A stretch of DNA of 34,410 nucleotides, from positions 1-34,410 of the forward strand of contig CAZPML010000001.1 of assembly GCA_964587675.1 (NCBI GenBank), in the 5' to 3' direction. The translations under genes and the position numbers were made by a program. This DNA comes from an uncultured archaeon (GTDB taxonomy: Archaea; Halobacteriota; Archaeoglobi; Archaeoglobales; Archaeoglobaceae). This document shows positions 7,727 to 15,819 of the stretch, piece by piece (position 1 is the first letter of the stretch; each line of letters begins with the position of its first letter). Below the pieces are notes generated by a model. It saw nothing but the letters and a program-made list of their open reading frames with translations, had not been told where the DNA came from and made no database searches.

Positions 7727-8650
7727 CTACTCGTACTCAATCGTTGCTGGAGGTTTTGGAGTGATATCATAAACAACTCTTGAAACTTCAGGAATCTCAC
7801 CAGTAATTCTGAGCGCTATTTTTCTAAGTTTATTAAAGTCTATGTTCAGGGGCTCTGCAGTCATCCCATCTCTGGAGGAAACTGCACGAATTGATATTAT
7901 GTATCCCCAGACTCTAGTGTCGCCCTTCACGCCCGTAGCTCTTCCTATGAGTGCAGCAAAGCATTGCCACTTTTCTAGGTTTTCCATTTCCTCCTCAACA
8001 ATTTTATTAGCTTTCCTAACAATCTCAACCTTCTCTGGGGTAACCTCTCCGACTATCCTTACCGCCAATCCTGGACCTGGAAACGGCATTCTTTCGGATA
8101 TCTCTTTAGGTAAGCCCAAGAACCTCGCAACTTCTCTCACCTCATCTTTATATAAATCCCTCAGTGGCTCAATAACACCTTTAAATCTGTACTTTGATGG
8201 AAAACCGCCAACATTATGGTGACTTTTTATGCCTCCTTTGCTCTCGATTATGTCTGGATATATTGTTCCTTGAATTAAGTATTCAGCACCTTCTTTTTCG
8301 GCAATACTCTCAAATATTCTCACAAAGAGCTTTCCAATTCGTTTTCTTTTCTCTTCGGGATCAAAAACTCCTTTTAATGCGTCAAAAAACTTTTTTTTGG
8401 CATCGACGAAAACTAGACCCATAGGGCCAAAGATTTCCCTGACTCTCTCCGCTTCTCCTTCTCTCATTAACCCCGTATCAACAAAAACTGGAATTAACCT
8501 TTCTCCAATAGCTTTATTTGCAATAATAGCGCACACTGAGCTATCAACACCGCCCGAAACCGCGATTATAGCTTTTTTCTTGGGACCAACAATTCTTCTT
8601 ATTTCCTGTATTGCATTTTCTACAAAACGTTTAGGATCCATGTTTCTCAC
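7727..8650 (-). CDS. guaA: GMP synthase (glutamine-hydrolysing) subunit B, ATP-pyrophosphatase subunit
   Basis: [10 protein letters not shown]-loop, HHNVGG, and a C-terminal TAEP...DIT.KPP.TIE.E dimerisation region. No GATase domain, which is the archaeal split form. Confidence 0.9.
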   Translation of the reverse strand: MRNMDPKRFVENAIQEIRRIVGPKKKAIIAVSGGVDSSVCAIIANKAIGERLIPVFVDTGLMREGEAERVREIFGPMGLVFVDAKKKFFDALKGVFDPEEKRKRIGKLFVRIFESIAEKEGAEYLIQGTIYPDIIESKGGIKSHHNVGGFPSKYRFKGVIEPLRDLYKDEVREVARFLGLPKEISERMPFPGPGLAVRIVGEVTPEKVEIVRKANKIVEEEMENLEKWQCFAALIGRATGVKGDTRVWGYIISIRAVSSRDGMTAEPLNIDFNKLRKIALRITGEIPEVSRVVYDITPKPPATIEYE

Positions 8651-10229
8651 TTTTGTATTTTAACGCAGCTTCAACAAAGCCAATAAACGGTGGAGAGGGC
8701 AGGTAAGGTCTTGATTTAAATTCGGGATGAAACTGAGTTGCAAAGAAGAATCTATGGTCATTTAATTCAGCTATTTCCATTCTCTTCCCATTATCCGAGT
8801 GGCCACTAAATGTTAGTCCGTTCTCTTCTATCATGGGTATGTATTTGGGATTCACCTCGTATCTATGTCTATGTCGCTCATAAATTTTCATACTCTTATA
8901 AAGCTTGTAGGCTAAGGTTTTAGGTTTTATGGTGACCTCTATCTCACCTAATCGCATGGTTCCACCCATGTCTTCAACTCTCCTCTGTTCAGGAAGTAGA
9001 TCGATTACTGGATGTTCGGTTTCGGAGAGTTCACTACTATTTGCAGTTTTAAGTCCTACAACATTCCTCGAAAACTCTATTACCGCTAATTGAAAGCCAA
9101 AACAAATTCCCAAGAATGGAACATTGTTCTCTCTAGCATAACTGATTGCTCTTATTTTACCCTCAGCTCCTCTTTTCCCAAAACCTCCCGGGACGAGAAT
9201 TCCGTCACATTTGCATTCAAATTTTTGCTCTTTCTCAATTTCCTCACTATCTACCCATATGCAATTTACTTTACATCCAACTTGAATCCCGGCATGTTTC
9301 AGGGCCTCTCTAATGCTTAGGTATGCATCTCTAACATCTATGTATTTCCCAACGATTGCTATCGATACCTCCTCTCTAATATTTTTTGATCTCTCTACAA
9401 TTTTTTCCCACTCATTGCTAGCTTTTCTCCACTCTAGTCCTAATTTTTTTATCAAATATTTGTCTAATCCCTCCCTCTTAAAAATTAGCGGAACCTCATA
9501 TATGTCATTCGCATCTTCATTACTTATTACTGCCTCAACCGGGACATCACAGAATAAGGATATCTTTCTCTTTGTAGCTTCCCTTAATCTTTCTTTACAT
9601 CTTCCCACGATTACGTCCGGATGAAGTCCAAGTTCTCGAAGTTCCTTGACGCTATGTTGTGTTGGCTTAGTTTTCTGTTCACCGCCGGAATCAAGAGGAA
9701 TAAGAGTTACGTGGACTAACGCAAAATCTTCATCCTTTTCTTCATTGTGCATTTGTCTTATAGCTTCCAAGAAGGGCATACCTTCAATGTCTCCAACAGT
9801 ACCACCAATTTCAATTAAGCAAATTTCAGCTCCGCTACTCTTAGCAACTTTTCTTATCCAACCTTTAATCTCATCGGTAATATGGGGAATTATTTGAACT
9901 GTTTGGCCCAGATATTCACCTCTCCTCTCCTTTTCGATAACATTCTTGTAAATCTTACCTGTTGTAATGTTGTGTTCACCACTCAACTCTATTCCAATAA
10001 ATCTCTCATAATGACCAAGATCCAAATCTACTTCTGTGCCATCCTTTAATACGTAAACTTCCCCATGTTGAAATGGATTCATTGTACCGGCATCTATATT
10101 AATGTAAGGATCGATCTTAATTGGAACAACCTTGTATCCCATTTCGACGAGAAGTCTTCCAATCGAGGCAGCAGTTATGCCCTTCCCTAGACCACTCATA
10201 ACTCCTCCAGTGACAACAATGTACTTCAC
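8631..10229 (-). CDS. pyrG: CTP synthase
   Basis: [19 protein letters not shown]-terminus, a GATase domain with GICFGFQ and HRHRYEVN, and 532-aa length. Confidence 0.95.
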   Translation of the reverse strand: MKYIVVTGGVMSGLGKGITAASIGRLLVEMGYKVVPIKIDPYINIDAGTMNPFQHGEVYVLKDGTEVDLDLGHYERFIGIELSGEHNITTGKIYKNVIEKERRGEYLGQTVQIIPHITDEIKGWIRKVAKSSGAEICLIEIGGTVGDIEGMPFLEAIRQMHNEEKDEDFALVHVTLIPLDSGGEQKTKPTQHSVKELRELGLHPDVIVGRCKERLREATKRKISLFCDVPVEAVISNEDANDIYEVPLIFKREGLDKYLIKKLGLEWRKASNEWEKIVERSKNIREEVSIAIVGKYIDVRDAYLSIREALKHAGIQVGCKVNCIWVDSEEIEKEQKFECKCDGILVPGGFGKRGAEGKIRAISYARENNVPFLGICFGFQLAVIEFSRNVVGLKTANSSELSETEHPVIDLLPEQRRVEDMGGTMRLGEIEVTIKPKTLAYKLYKSMKIYERHRHRYEVNPKYIPMIEENGLTFSGHSDNGKRMEIAELNDHRFFFATQFHPEFKSRPYLPSPPFIGFVEAALKYKSEKHGS

Positions 10230-10414
10230 GATCTCAACTCCGGTGGAAGCATATTCGGTATTCCATCTTCAATTGGATAAACAGTCTTGCATTTTTTGCA
10301 AATTAACTTTCCAGATATTATTTCCTCCTCATCCTCTTGCTCGACAATGAGTTCTAAATCGGATTTGCAAATTGGACAAGCAAGGATATCCAATAGGTCT
10401 CTTCTCATAGTCAA
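10226..10414 (-). CDS. Trm112-family small zinc-ribbon protein
   Basis: [14 protein letters not shown] ... [20 protein letters not shown] is the Trm112/UPF0434 signature. It has a 4-nt overlap with the pyrG start. Confidence 0.75.
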   Translation of the reverse strand: MTMRRDLLDILACPICKSDLELIVEQEDEEEIISGKLICKKCKTVYPIEDGIPNMLPPELRS

Positions 10415-10459
10415 GTTTAAGAAATTCGGGTAAATAACAATTCCGGCAATTGTTTAAAT

Positions 10460-11665
10460 ATGCGGTACATAATCAGAAACATGAGCTTTTTGAAGGAGAA
10501 AATTCAGATAATTATAGTTCTACTATTAACGCTACCTTGGATTTTGTCTCTTGCCTTAAAAATCACCTATCTCCCCCATTTGCAAGCATTTTTATCTGGA
10601 ATAGCAATAATTGCTGCTGCATTTTTAATTTCATGGGCAGCTGAAACAGCTGAAATCGATTTACCTAGGTCTTTTAGTCTTGCTCTCGTCGCATTACTTG
10701 TCGTCTTACCTGAATATGCAGTTGATGCTTACTTTGCATGGGTAGCAGGTAAAATCGGTGGTGAATACATACATTACACGACGGCAAATATGACAGGTGC
10801 GAATAGATTACTAATTGGTATAGGATGGAGTTCCCTAGCAATGTTTGCTATGTTTAAAAAAAGAAAAAAATTAATTATACTTGATCAAGGAATTTACCTT
10901 GAAAGCTTTGTTTTATTAATTGCAACGATTTACGCATTCACCATACCAGTGAGGAGCGAAATATCTTACGTTGACTCCATTTTTTTTATAGCACTATATT
11001 TCTTCTATTTATTCCTTGCAATTAAATCTAAAGGTGAAAAATTTGAAATGCTGGGTGTAGCAAGATATCTCAGCAAATTTAGTGAAAATCTGAGACATTT
11101 TCTATTATTTATCATGTTTACCTATGCAGGTTTTGTCATTTTTGTAAGTGTTGGAGGGTTCTCGGAAGGATTAATCCACACAGCCAAGAAATTCGGGTTG
11201 GATGAATATTTGATTGTTCAATGGATTGCACCAATTGCAAGCGAGGCCCCCGAACTCGTTGTTGGAATGTATTTTGTAAATAGACTAAGGGTTACAGCGG
11301 GTATTAATTCTCTAATATCTGCGAAAGTCAATCAGTGGACTTTGTTAATTGGAACCATAAGTTTGGTGTACAGTTTATCCATATTTAGAATTTCAGCGTT
11401 GCCTTTGGATACGAGGCAGGCGGAGGAAATCTTTCTTACGGCGGCTCAGTCCCTGTTTGCTTTATCGATATTATTGAATCTTAGATTGACTTTCATTGAA
11501 GCAATTTCTCTGTTAGCTTTATTTTTAGTCCAACTAATATTCCCCGGTGTTTTGGTTAGGTATGTTATTAGTTTATTGTACATATTCCTCTCTATTCCGT
11601 TATTTATAGTAAGATTTTCAAATATTAAGCGATCTCTCAGCTATGTTATTAGTTTAGCAAAGTAA
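10460..11665 (+). CDS. Polytopic membrane protein, possible Ca2+/cation antiporter (CaCA)-superfamily member
   Basis: About 10 or more hydrophobic spans. Two acidic PE-containing segments could be alpha-repeat analogues (VVLPEYAVDAYF, and IASEAPELVVGMYF in the second half). The TTTAAATA at about 10452-10459 would suit a leaderless start at Met8 (10481). Family assignment is tentative. Confidence 0.45.
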   Translation: MRYIIRNMSFLKEKIQIIIVLLLTLPWILSLALKITYLPHLQAFLSGIAIIAAAFLISWAAETAEIDLPRSFSLALVALLVVLPEYAVDAYFAWVAGKIGGEYIHYTTANMTGANRLLIGIGWSSLAMFAMFKKRKKLIILDQGIYLESFVLLIATIYAFTIPVRSEISYVDSIFFIALYFFYLFLAIKSKGEKFEMLGVARYLSKFSENLRHFLLFIMFTYAGFVIFVSVGGFSEGLIHTAKKFGLDEYLIVQWIAPIASEAPELVVGMYFVNRLRVTAGINSLISAKVNQWTLLIGTISLVYSLSIFRISALPLDTRQAEEIFLTAAQSLFALSILLNLRLTFIEAISLLALFLVQLIFPGVLVRYVISLLYIFLSIPLFIVRFSNIKRSLSYVISLAK

Positions 11666-12074
11666 CTGCCATCCTTACAATTCCCTCCCTTAAGTTCAAA
11701 AGAACCGTTACTATTGTTCATTAGCTAGGGGCACTATAGTACTTAGAACGCTTTATTAATTTAATCCCAACTTCATGATGTTGTTGGAGTATTAGCTTCT
11801 ATTTTCTCATGGTAATTCAAAATTTATGCTTCTCTTTGATCTTTTTCATTATCTTCTTAAGTTTAGAAGCCTATTCCGCTCTCACTGTTAACTGTAAAAA
11901 ACTCTTATATCAAAGCTTCATCTTTAAGGTTTAGGTGAAAAGCTGCTAATTTACTATTTCCTTCTTGAAATACCAACATCCCGGTTTACTTGTATCCTAC
12001 TCTAGCAAAAAGCCTTTGAAAGTAATAAGGAAGATTTAAAAAAAAATTTAAGTTGATTTAGATAGTAGAACAAC

Positions 12075-12836
12075 ATGGAGAACGTAAATTATACACAAAT
12101 CGAAAGAGTGGGTTACATTACACTTAACAGACCTGAAAAAAGAAACGCCCTCTCTTACTCCCTTCTCAGTGAATTAAAGAGGTTAATTGATGAAGTCTCT
12201 TCCGAAAGAAAAGTAAGAGTTGTCGTAATCAAGGGATCGGGAAAAGTTTTCTCTTCTGGGCATGATCTAAATGAAATTTTGAATCAACATCCCATGGAAG
12301 TGGAGAAGTTATTTAAGAAGTGTTATGAAGTCATGCTCTCTATTAGACGAGCGCCACAGCCTTATATTGCACAAGTTCATGGAGTTGCTACGGCTGCTGG
12401 TTGTCAACTTGTTGCAGCATGCGATTTGGCTGTAGCATCAGAGAATACATTGTTCGCCACACCTGGCGTAAAAATCGGCCTATTCTGCTATACACCAATC
12501 ACATTTGTTAGTAGATGCATTGGTAGGAAGAAAGCTTTTGAAATGGGATTTACCGGTGAATATATTACGGCTTCTGAGGCACTAAAACTTGGATTGATAA
12601 ACAAAGTTGTTCCGGAAAATAAATTGGAATCTGAAACAAGAGAACTTGCGAAAAAGATCGCTAGATACAGTCTAAATGTTCTAGAATCGGGTAAAAAATT
12701 CTTCTATAAACAGCTATATATGGAGGATTTCCAAGCGTTAGCCTTTGCAACTGAGGCTATTTCGCTATATTCATCCTCGAAAGATGCAATAGAGGGAATA
12801 TCTGCATTTTTTGAGAAGAGAGAGCCGAGATGGTAG
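12075..12836 (+). CDS. Crotonase-superfamily protein, ECHDC3-like (canonical catalytic Glu pair absent)
   Basis: GKVFSSGHDL, TAAGCQLVAACDLAVAS, FATPGVKIGLFCYTP and C-terminal EGISAFFEKREPRW closely resemble my recollection of the ECHDC3 subfamily. Gln and Gly occupy the positions of the two hydratase glutamates (GG-x-E and P-E). Confidence 0.8.
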   Translation: MENVNYTQIERVGYITLNRPEKRNALSYSLLSELKRLIDEVSSERKVRVVVIKGSGKVFSSGHDLNEILNQHPMEVEKLFKKCYEVMLSIRRAPQPYIAQVHGVATAAGCQLVAACDLAVASENTLFATPGVKIGLFCYTPITFVSRCIGRKKAFEMGFTGEYITASEALKLGLINKVVPENKLESETRELAKKIARYSLNVLESGKKFFYKQLYMEDFQALAFATEAISLYSSSKDAIEGISAFFEKREPRW

Positions 12837-13657
12837 CTCCAACTGGTATTTTCTATCATAAAAGTTTTAGCAAGAGAAGTTATCTTACCTTGGGTAGTAG
12901 GCTTAAAGACTTTCCTAAAGCATTTGATGATATAAGAAGTAGAAACTATAGAATTATTGAATCCCCAGTCGTTGATGAGAATCTTATTTTGAGAGTGCAC
13001 ACTCCAAATCTTTTAGAGAATGTAAAAAGGGATTGTCTATGTTCAACTGCTTGGAGATCCGCTGGTGGAGTTGTAAAAGCTGCAGAAATGGTTTATAGAG
13101 GAGATCTCAGTAATGCCTTTTGTTATATTGGATCTGGCGGTCACCATGCGGGAAGAAACTATTTCTGGGGTTACTGCTGTTTTAATGACGTGGTTTTGAG
13201 CATTTACAATTTATTTGAAAAATTTGGAAAGATGCGAATTGCGATTATTGATACGGATGCCCACCATGGAGATGGAACTAGAGAACTTGTATTTAATTCA
13301 AGTGAAATTCTGCACTATTGTATTTGTGATAGAGATTTTGTTTCTACCGATGGATTAAAAATAGATGTGCCCTATTTTGGAAACGATTATATTGAATTGG
13401 TAAAGAAGTTCTGCAAAATCGTAGAAAGCTTCTCACCAAAACTTATTTTTTGGTACTTTGGACATGATACTCATAAGGGCGACTATGGAGACGTGGGTTT
13501 GGAAATACAGGACTATGTCAGGACAGCTGAAATTCTCAAGAACCTTGCATCAAAAATATCTAATGGGAAATTAGTTGTAGTTTTAGGTGGAGGTAGTGAT
13601 TCAGACATTGCAAGAAAATCAACAATTTCGATAATCAACGTTCTTGCAAGTTTATAA
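12830..13657 (+). CDS. Compact histone-deacetylase/acetoin-utilisation (arginase-deacetylase fold) family protein with GGGS instead of GGGY
   Basis: GSGGHHAG (His pair), IIDTDAHHGDGT (metal ligands D and H) and FGHDTHKGD (third ligand region). The C-terminal motif is LGGGSDSD, with the Ser codon at 13595-13597. The start overlaps the crotonase stop by 7 nt (ATGGTAG). Confidence 0.8.
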   Translation: MVAPTGIFYHKSFSKRSYLTLGSRLKDFPKAFDDIRSRNYRIIESPVVDENLILRVHTPNLLENVKRDCLCSTAWRSAGGVVKAAEMVYRGDLSNAFCYIGSGGHHAGRNYFWGYCCFNDVVLSIYNLFEKFGKMRIAIIDTDAHHGDGTRELVFNSSEILHYCICDRDFVSTDGLKIDVPYFGNDYIELVKKFCKIVESFSPKLIFWYFGHDTHKGDYGDVGLEIQDYVRTAEILKNLASKISNGKLVVVLGGGSDSDIARKSTISIINVLASL

Positions 13658-14654
13658 TTGCATTGGCTATTTTCTCCTCAATTTCCTTGGGCAAAGGTCT
13701 AACACCTTTAAAATCCAATTTAAGATAATTCAAGGACAATATAGCAGCAGAAAAGGTTCTATCCATGATTTCGATGGGTGTACCATTTCCAATTGCTAAA
13801 TTGGCTGCATAACCATTTGCGATTATAAAATACTCCACCCCTCTGTATTTATACTTTTTAATGGCACCGTAATCGTATTCCAGCTTACCGCTAACTTCTA
13901 TCTCTTTTTCTGCACCGAGATTAAGAATTATAGCACCATTCTTGACATTTGCCAATTTTTTCTTATTTATCGCGTACCGAGTTCCAGTACAAGTTACTAT
14001 AATATCGGCATCTTCTAAACCATTTGTAAGCCCAAATCCCTCATAAATCGCTTCCATTTTTCTTAATTCAGAGATTTCAAGAATTTTCACAATGCATCCA
14101 AGCTTTTTAAGGATTCTGGCACATCCTTTTCCTACCCTACCGAAACCCAAAATTACGACTTTCTTTCCGGGTAAATAAATATTAAGTCTCGATAAGGCAT
14201 CGATTAGACCGAATGCAGTACCACAAGTGTTCTCTCCTTTACCCTTGAGCAATGAGGAATCAACTGAAATAGCTTTTAACGGTACGTTTAGAGTCTTTAA
14301 ATATAGCTCACCGGTTCTTGTCAGTTCAACCACGTTTATTTCTTTTTTACCTATTTTCAAGGCAACTTTTGATAAAGTGGCTGCACAATCTATGAAATAA
14401 CTAGCCTTTGCAGCGTCTCTTTTACTAGTAATTTCAATTCCCCTTTCATTTAACCACTTCACAGCTTCAGTTTTCGTTGAATAGTCATCAAGCTTGGTTG
14501 GAATAACCTTAGTGTGCTTAGACAATTCGTAAATCATTGCAGCAGTTTTTTGTTCAAGTGGTAAACAAACAGCGACTTCTTCAACATCGACTTCCTTCGA
14601 AAAAATTTTAATTAATTTCATTTTTTCATAGAACCAATCAGTATTGATCTGCAT
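13635..14654 (-). CDS. Truncated, divergent S-adenosylhomocysteine-hydrolase-fold NAD-binding protein
   Basis: Colinear by eye with SAHH motifs. ELTRTG sits at EETTTG. VDSSLLKGKGENTCGTAFGLIDALSR sits at NDSxTKxxFDNxYGxxxSxxDGIxR. GKKVVILGFGRVGKGCA is the Rossmann motif. DADIIVTCTGT sits at DIFVTTTGN. The protein is only 339 aa, and CLPLE and NLGAEKE sit where I expect CLHLT and NIGHFD. Confidence 0.6.
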   Translation of the reverse strand: MQINTDWFYEKMKLIKIFSKEVDVEEVAVCLPLEQKTAAMIYELSKHTKVIPTKLDDYSTKTEAVKWLNERGIEITSKRDAAKASYFIDCAATLSKVALKIGKKEINVVELTRTGELYLKTLNVPLKAISVDSSLLKGKGENTCGTAFGLIDALSRLNIYLPGKKVVILGFGRVGKGCARILKKLGCIVKILEISELRKMEAIYEGFGLTNGLEDADIIVTCTGTRYAINKKKLANVKNGAIILNLGAEKEIEVSGKLEYDYGAIKKYKYRGVEYFIIANGYAANLAIGNGTPIEIMDRTFSAAILSLNYLKLDFKGVRPLPKEIEEKIANAIINLQER

Positions 14655-14657
14655 AAC

Positions 14658-15758
14658 TTAGATTAGCGTGACTAAAGTTGGAAAGTGTAAAATTACGAAG
14701 TAAACCAGCATAATCACCGCTCCAATAGGGACACCAACTTTCGCCCACTCTTTCATCGTAATCCTTAGTCTACCTGCAGCTACAATATTGGGTATATTTC
14801 CCGGGATTAACATACCTCCCGAAATTATCAGCCCCATTAATGCACTTCTAATTTGGTATTCTGTTAGTGCAGGTCCAATTTCAGCAGCTGTTAGGGTAGC
14901 GTTATCTAGGATCGCGGAGACGGTATTAATCCAGTATAAGGCTTCTGGAGGTATCTTGGTGAAGTACCATACAATTAGAGGTGTAAAGCCCTCCCCTAAC
15001 AAGATTAGAGCTGATACAAAAACATAAACTCGAATGGCCCTTACAATTACAGTTCTTAAAGTTTCCGTGTATTCCGGTAGCTTTACTTCTACAATCTCCT
15101 TCGTTTTGCCCACTCTAAATGTCGTGTATATCGCTACCGCGATAACTCCAGCAACTATGTATATGCCCAAAAGCCTGATGAGATAAAAGAAGTCGGCGTT
15201 AAGTTTTGCTACTGCGATGGTCGAGAGAGGTTCTCCGATTGGGGTCAGAGCGGCACCCATACCAACTGCAAAACAGGCGAGTACCGTAAATTCAGTTCTT
15301 TTGTTTTTGTCAAGAGGTGTTGCAGCGACTATTTCAGCCAGAATTACCGCGGTTACAATTACTGAAATTATACTTGATACCAAGCCCATCGTGGATACAA
15401 TTATGAAAACAAATGCCGGTAAACCAATCTTTTGTTGAAGTTTAATGAGACCGGAGTATATTGGCCTGTTGTAAAAATAAATTATCAGGCCCACAATTAA
15501 AACGACTTGGAATATTCCAATCGGTAATCCACCGATACTTATGGGTGCTTTAAGTGCAGAAATTACGAGCTCCCTACTCCATATTCCTGAAATTGTTGCA
15601 GCACATATGCCCATGACTAAAAAGAATGGTTCTAAATTCTCTTCGACCTTTTTTACCCTAAATGGCAGAATTAATACTAGCAAGAGTATAATCGCTAAAC
15701 CAGCAGCTATATGAATAACCGGTTCTTCGGGGACGTGTATGTGGCTAACTGTAGCCAT
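14658..15758 (-). CDS. Polytopic membrane protein, ion-transporter-superfamily-like (possibly the archaeal DUF1646 family)
   Basis: About 10-11 hydrophobic spans. GEPLSTIAVA, SAILDNATLTAAE and GGMLIPGNIPNI resemble hairpin/loop motifs of ArsB/NhaD-type permeases. It ends 3 nt before the SAHH-like gene starts. Confidence 0.5.
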   Translation of the reverse strand: MATVSHIHVPEEPVIHIAAGLAIILLLVLILPFRVKKVEENLEPFFLVMGICAATISGIWSRELVISALKAPISIGGLPIGIFQVVLIVGLIIYFYNRPIYSGLIKLQQKIGLPAFVFIIVSTMGLVSSIISVIVTAVILAEIVAATPLDKNKRTEFTVLACFAVGMGAALTPIGEPLSTIAVAKLNADFFYLIRLLGIYIVAGVIAVAIYTTFRVGKTKEIVEVKLPEYTETLRTVIVRAIRVYVFVSALILLGEGFTPLIVWYFTKIPPEALYWINTVSAILDNATLTAAEIGPALTEYQIRSALMGLIISGGMLIPGNIPNIVAAGRLRITMKEWAKVGVPIGAVIMLVYFVILHFPTLVTLI

Positions 15759-15819
15759 ACAAGTTTTTGGAATTGATCGACTTATTTAAGGATTTTTGTT
15801 TTTTGGTCTTAATAAAAAT

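Noticed and set aside
10450-10644. A 64-aa plus-strand ORF overlapping the start of the membrane-protein gene in another frame.
   Set aside because: The 401-aa frame has a continuous transmembrane-like hydrophobic pattern across the same bases. The short frame is Asn/Ser/Cys-rich nonsense with no independent signals.
11770-11830. An ATGATG string that could be a C box of a C/D-box sRNA in the long spacer.
   Set aside because: The sequence is CATGATGTTG, not RUGAUGA. No CUGA D or D' box lies at the expected 10-12 nt or ~50 nt spacing, and there are no terminal complementary ends.
11809-11934. A 41-codon hydrophobic ORF (MVIQNLCFSLIFFIIFLSLEAYSALTVNCKKLLYQSFIFKV) in the 409-nt spacer.
   Set aside because: No SD, and no TATA at -25 to -30. 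The hydrophobicity is what T-rich DNA translates to. I cannot support it as a gene without expression or conservation data.
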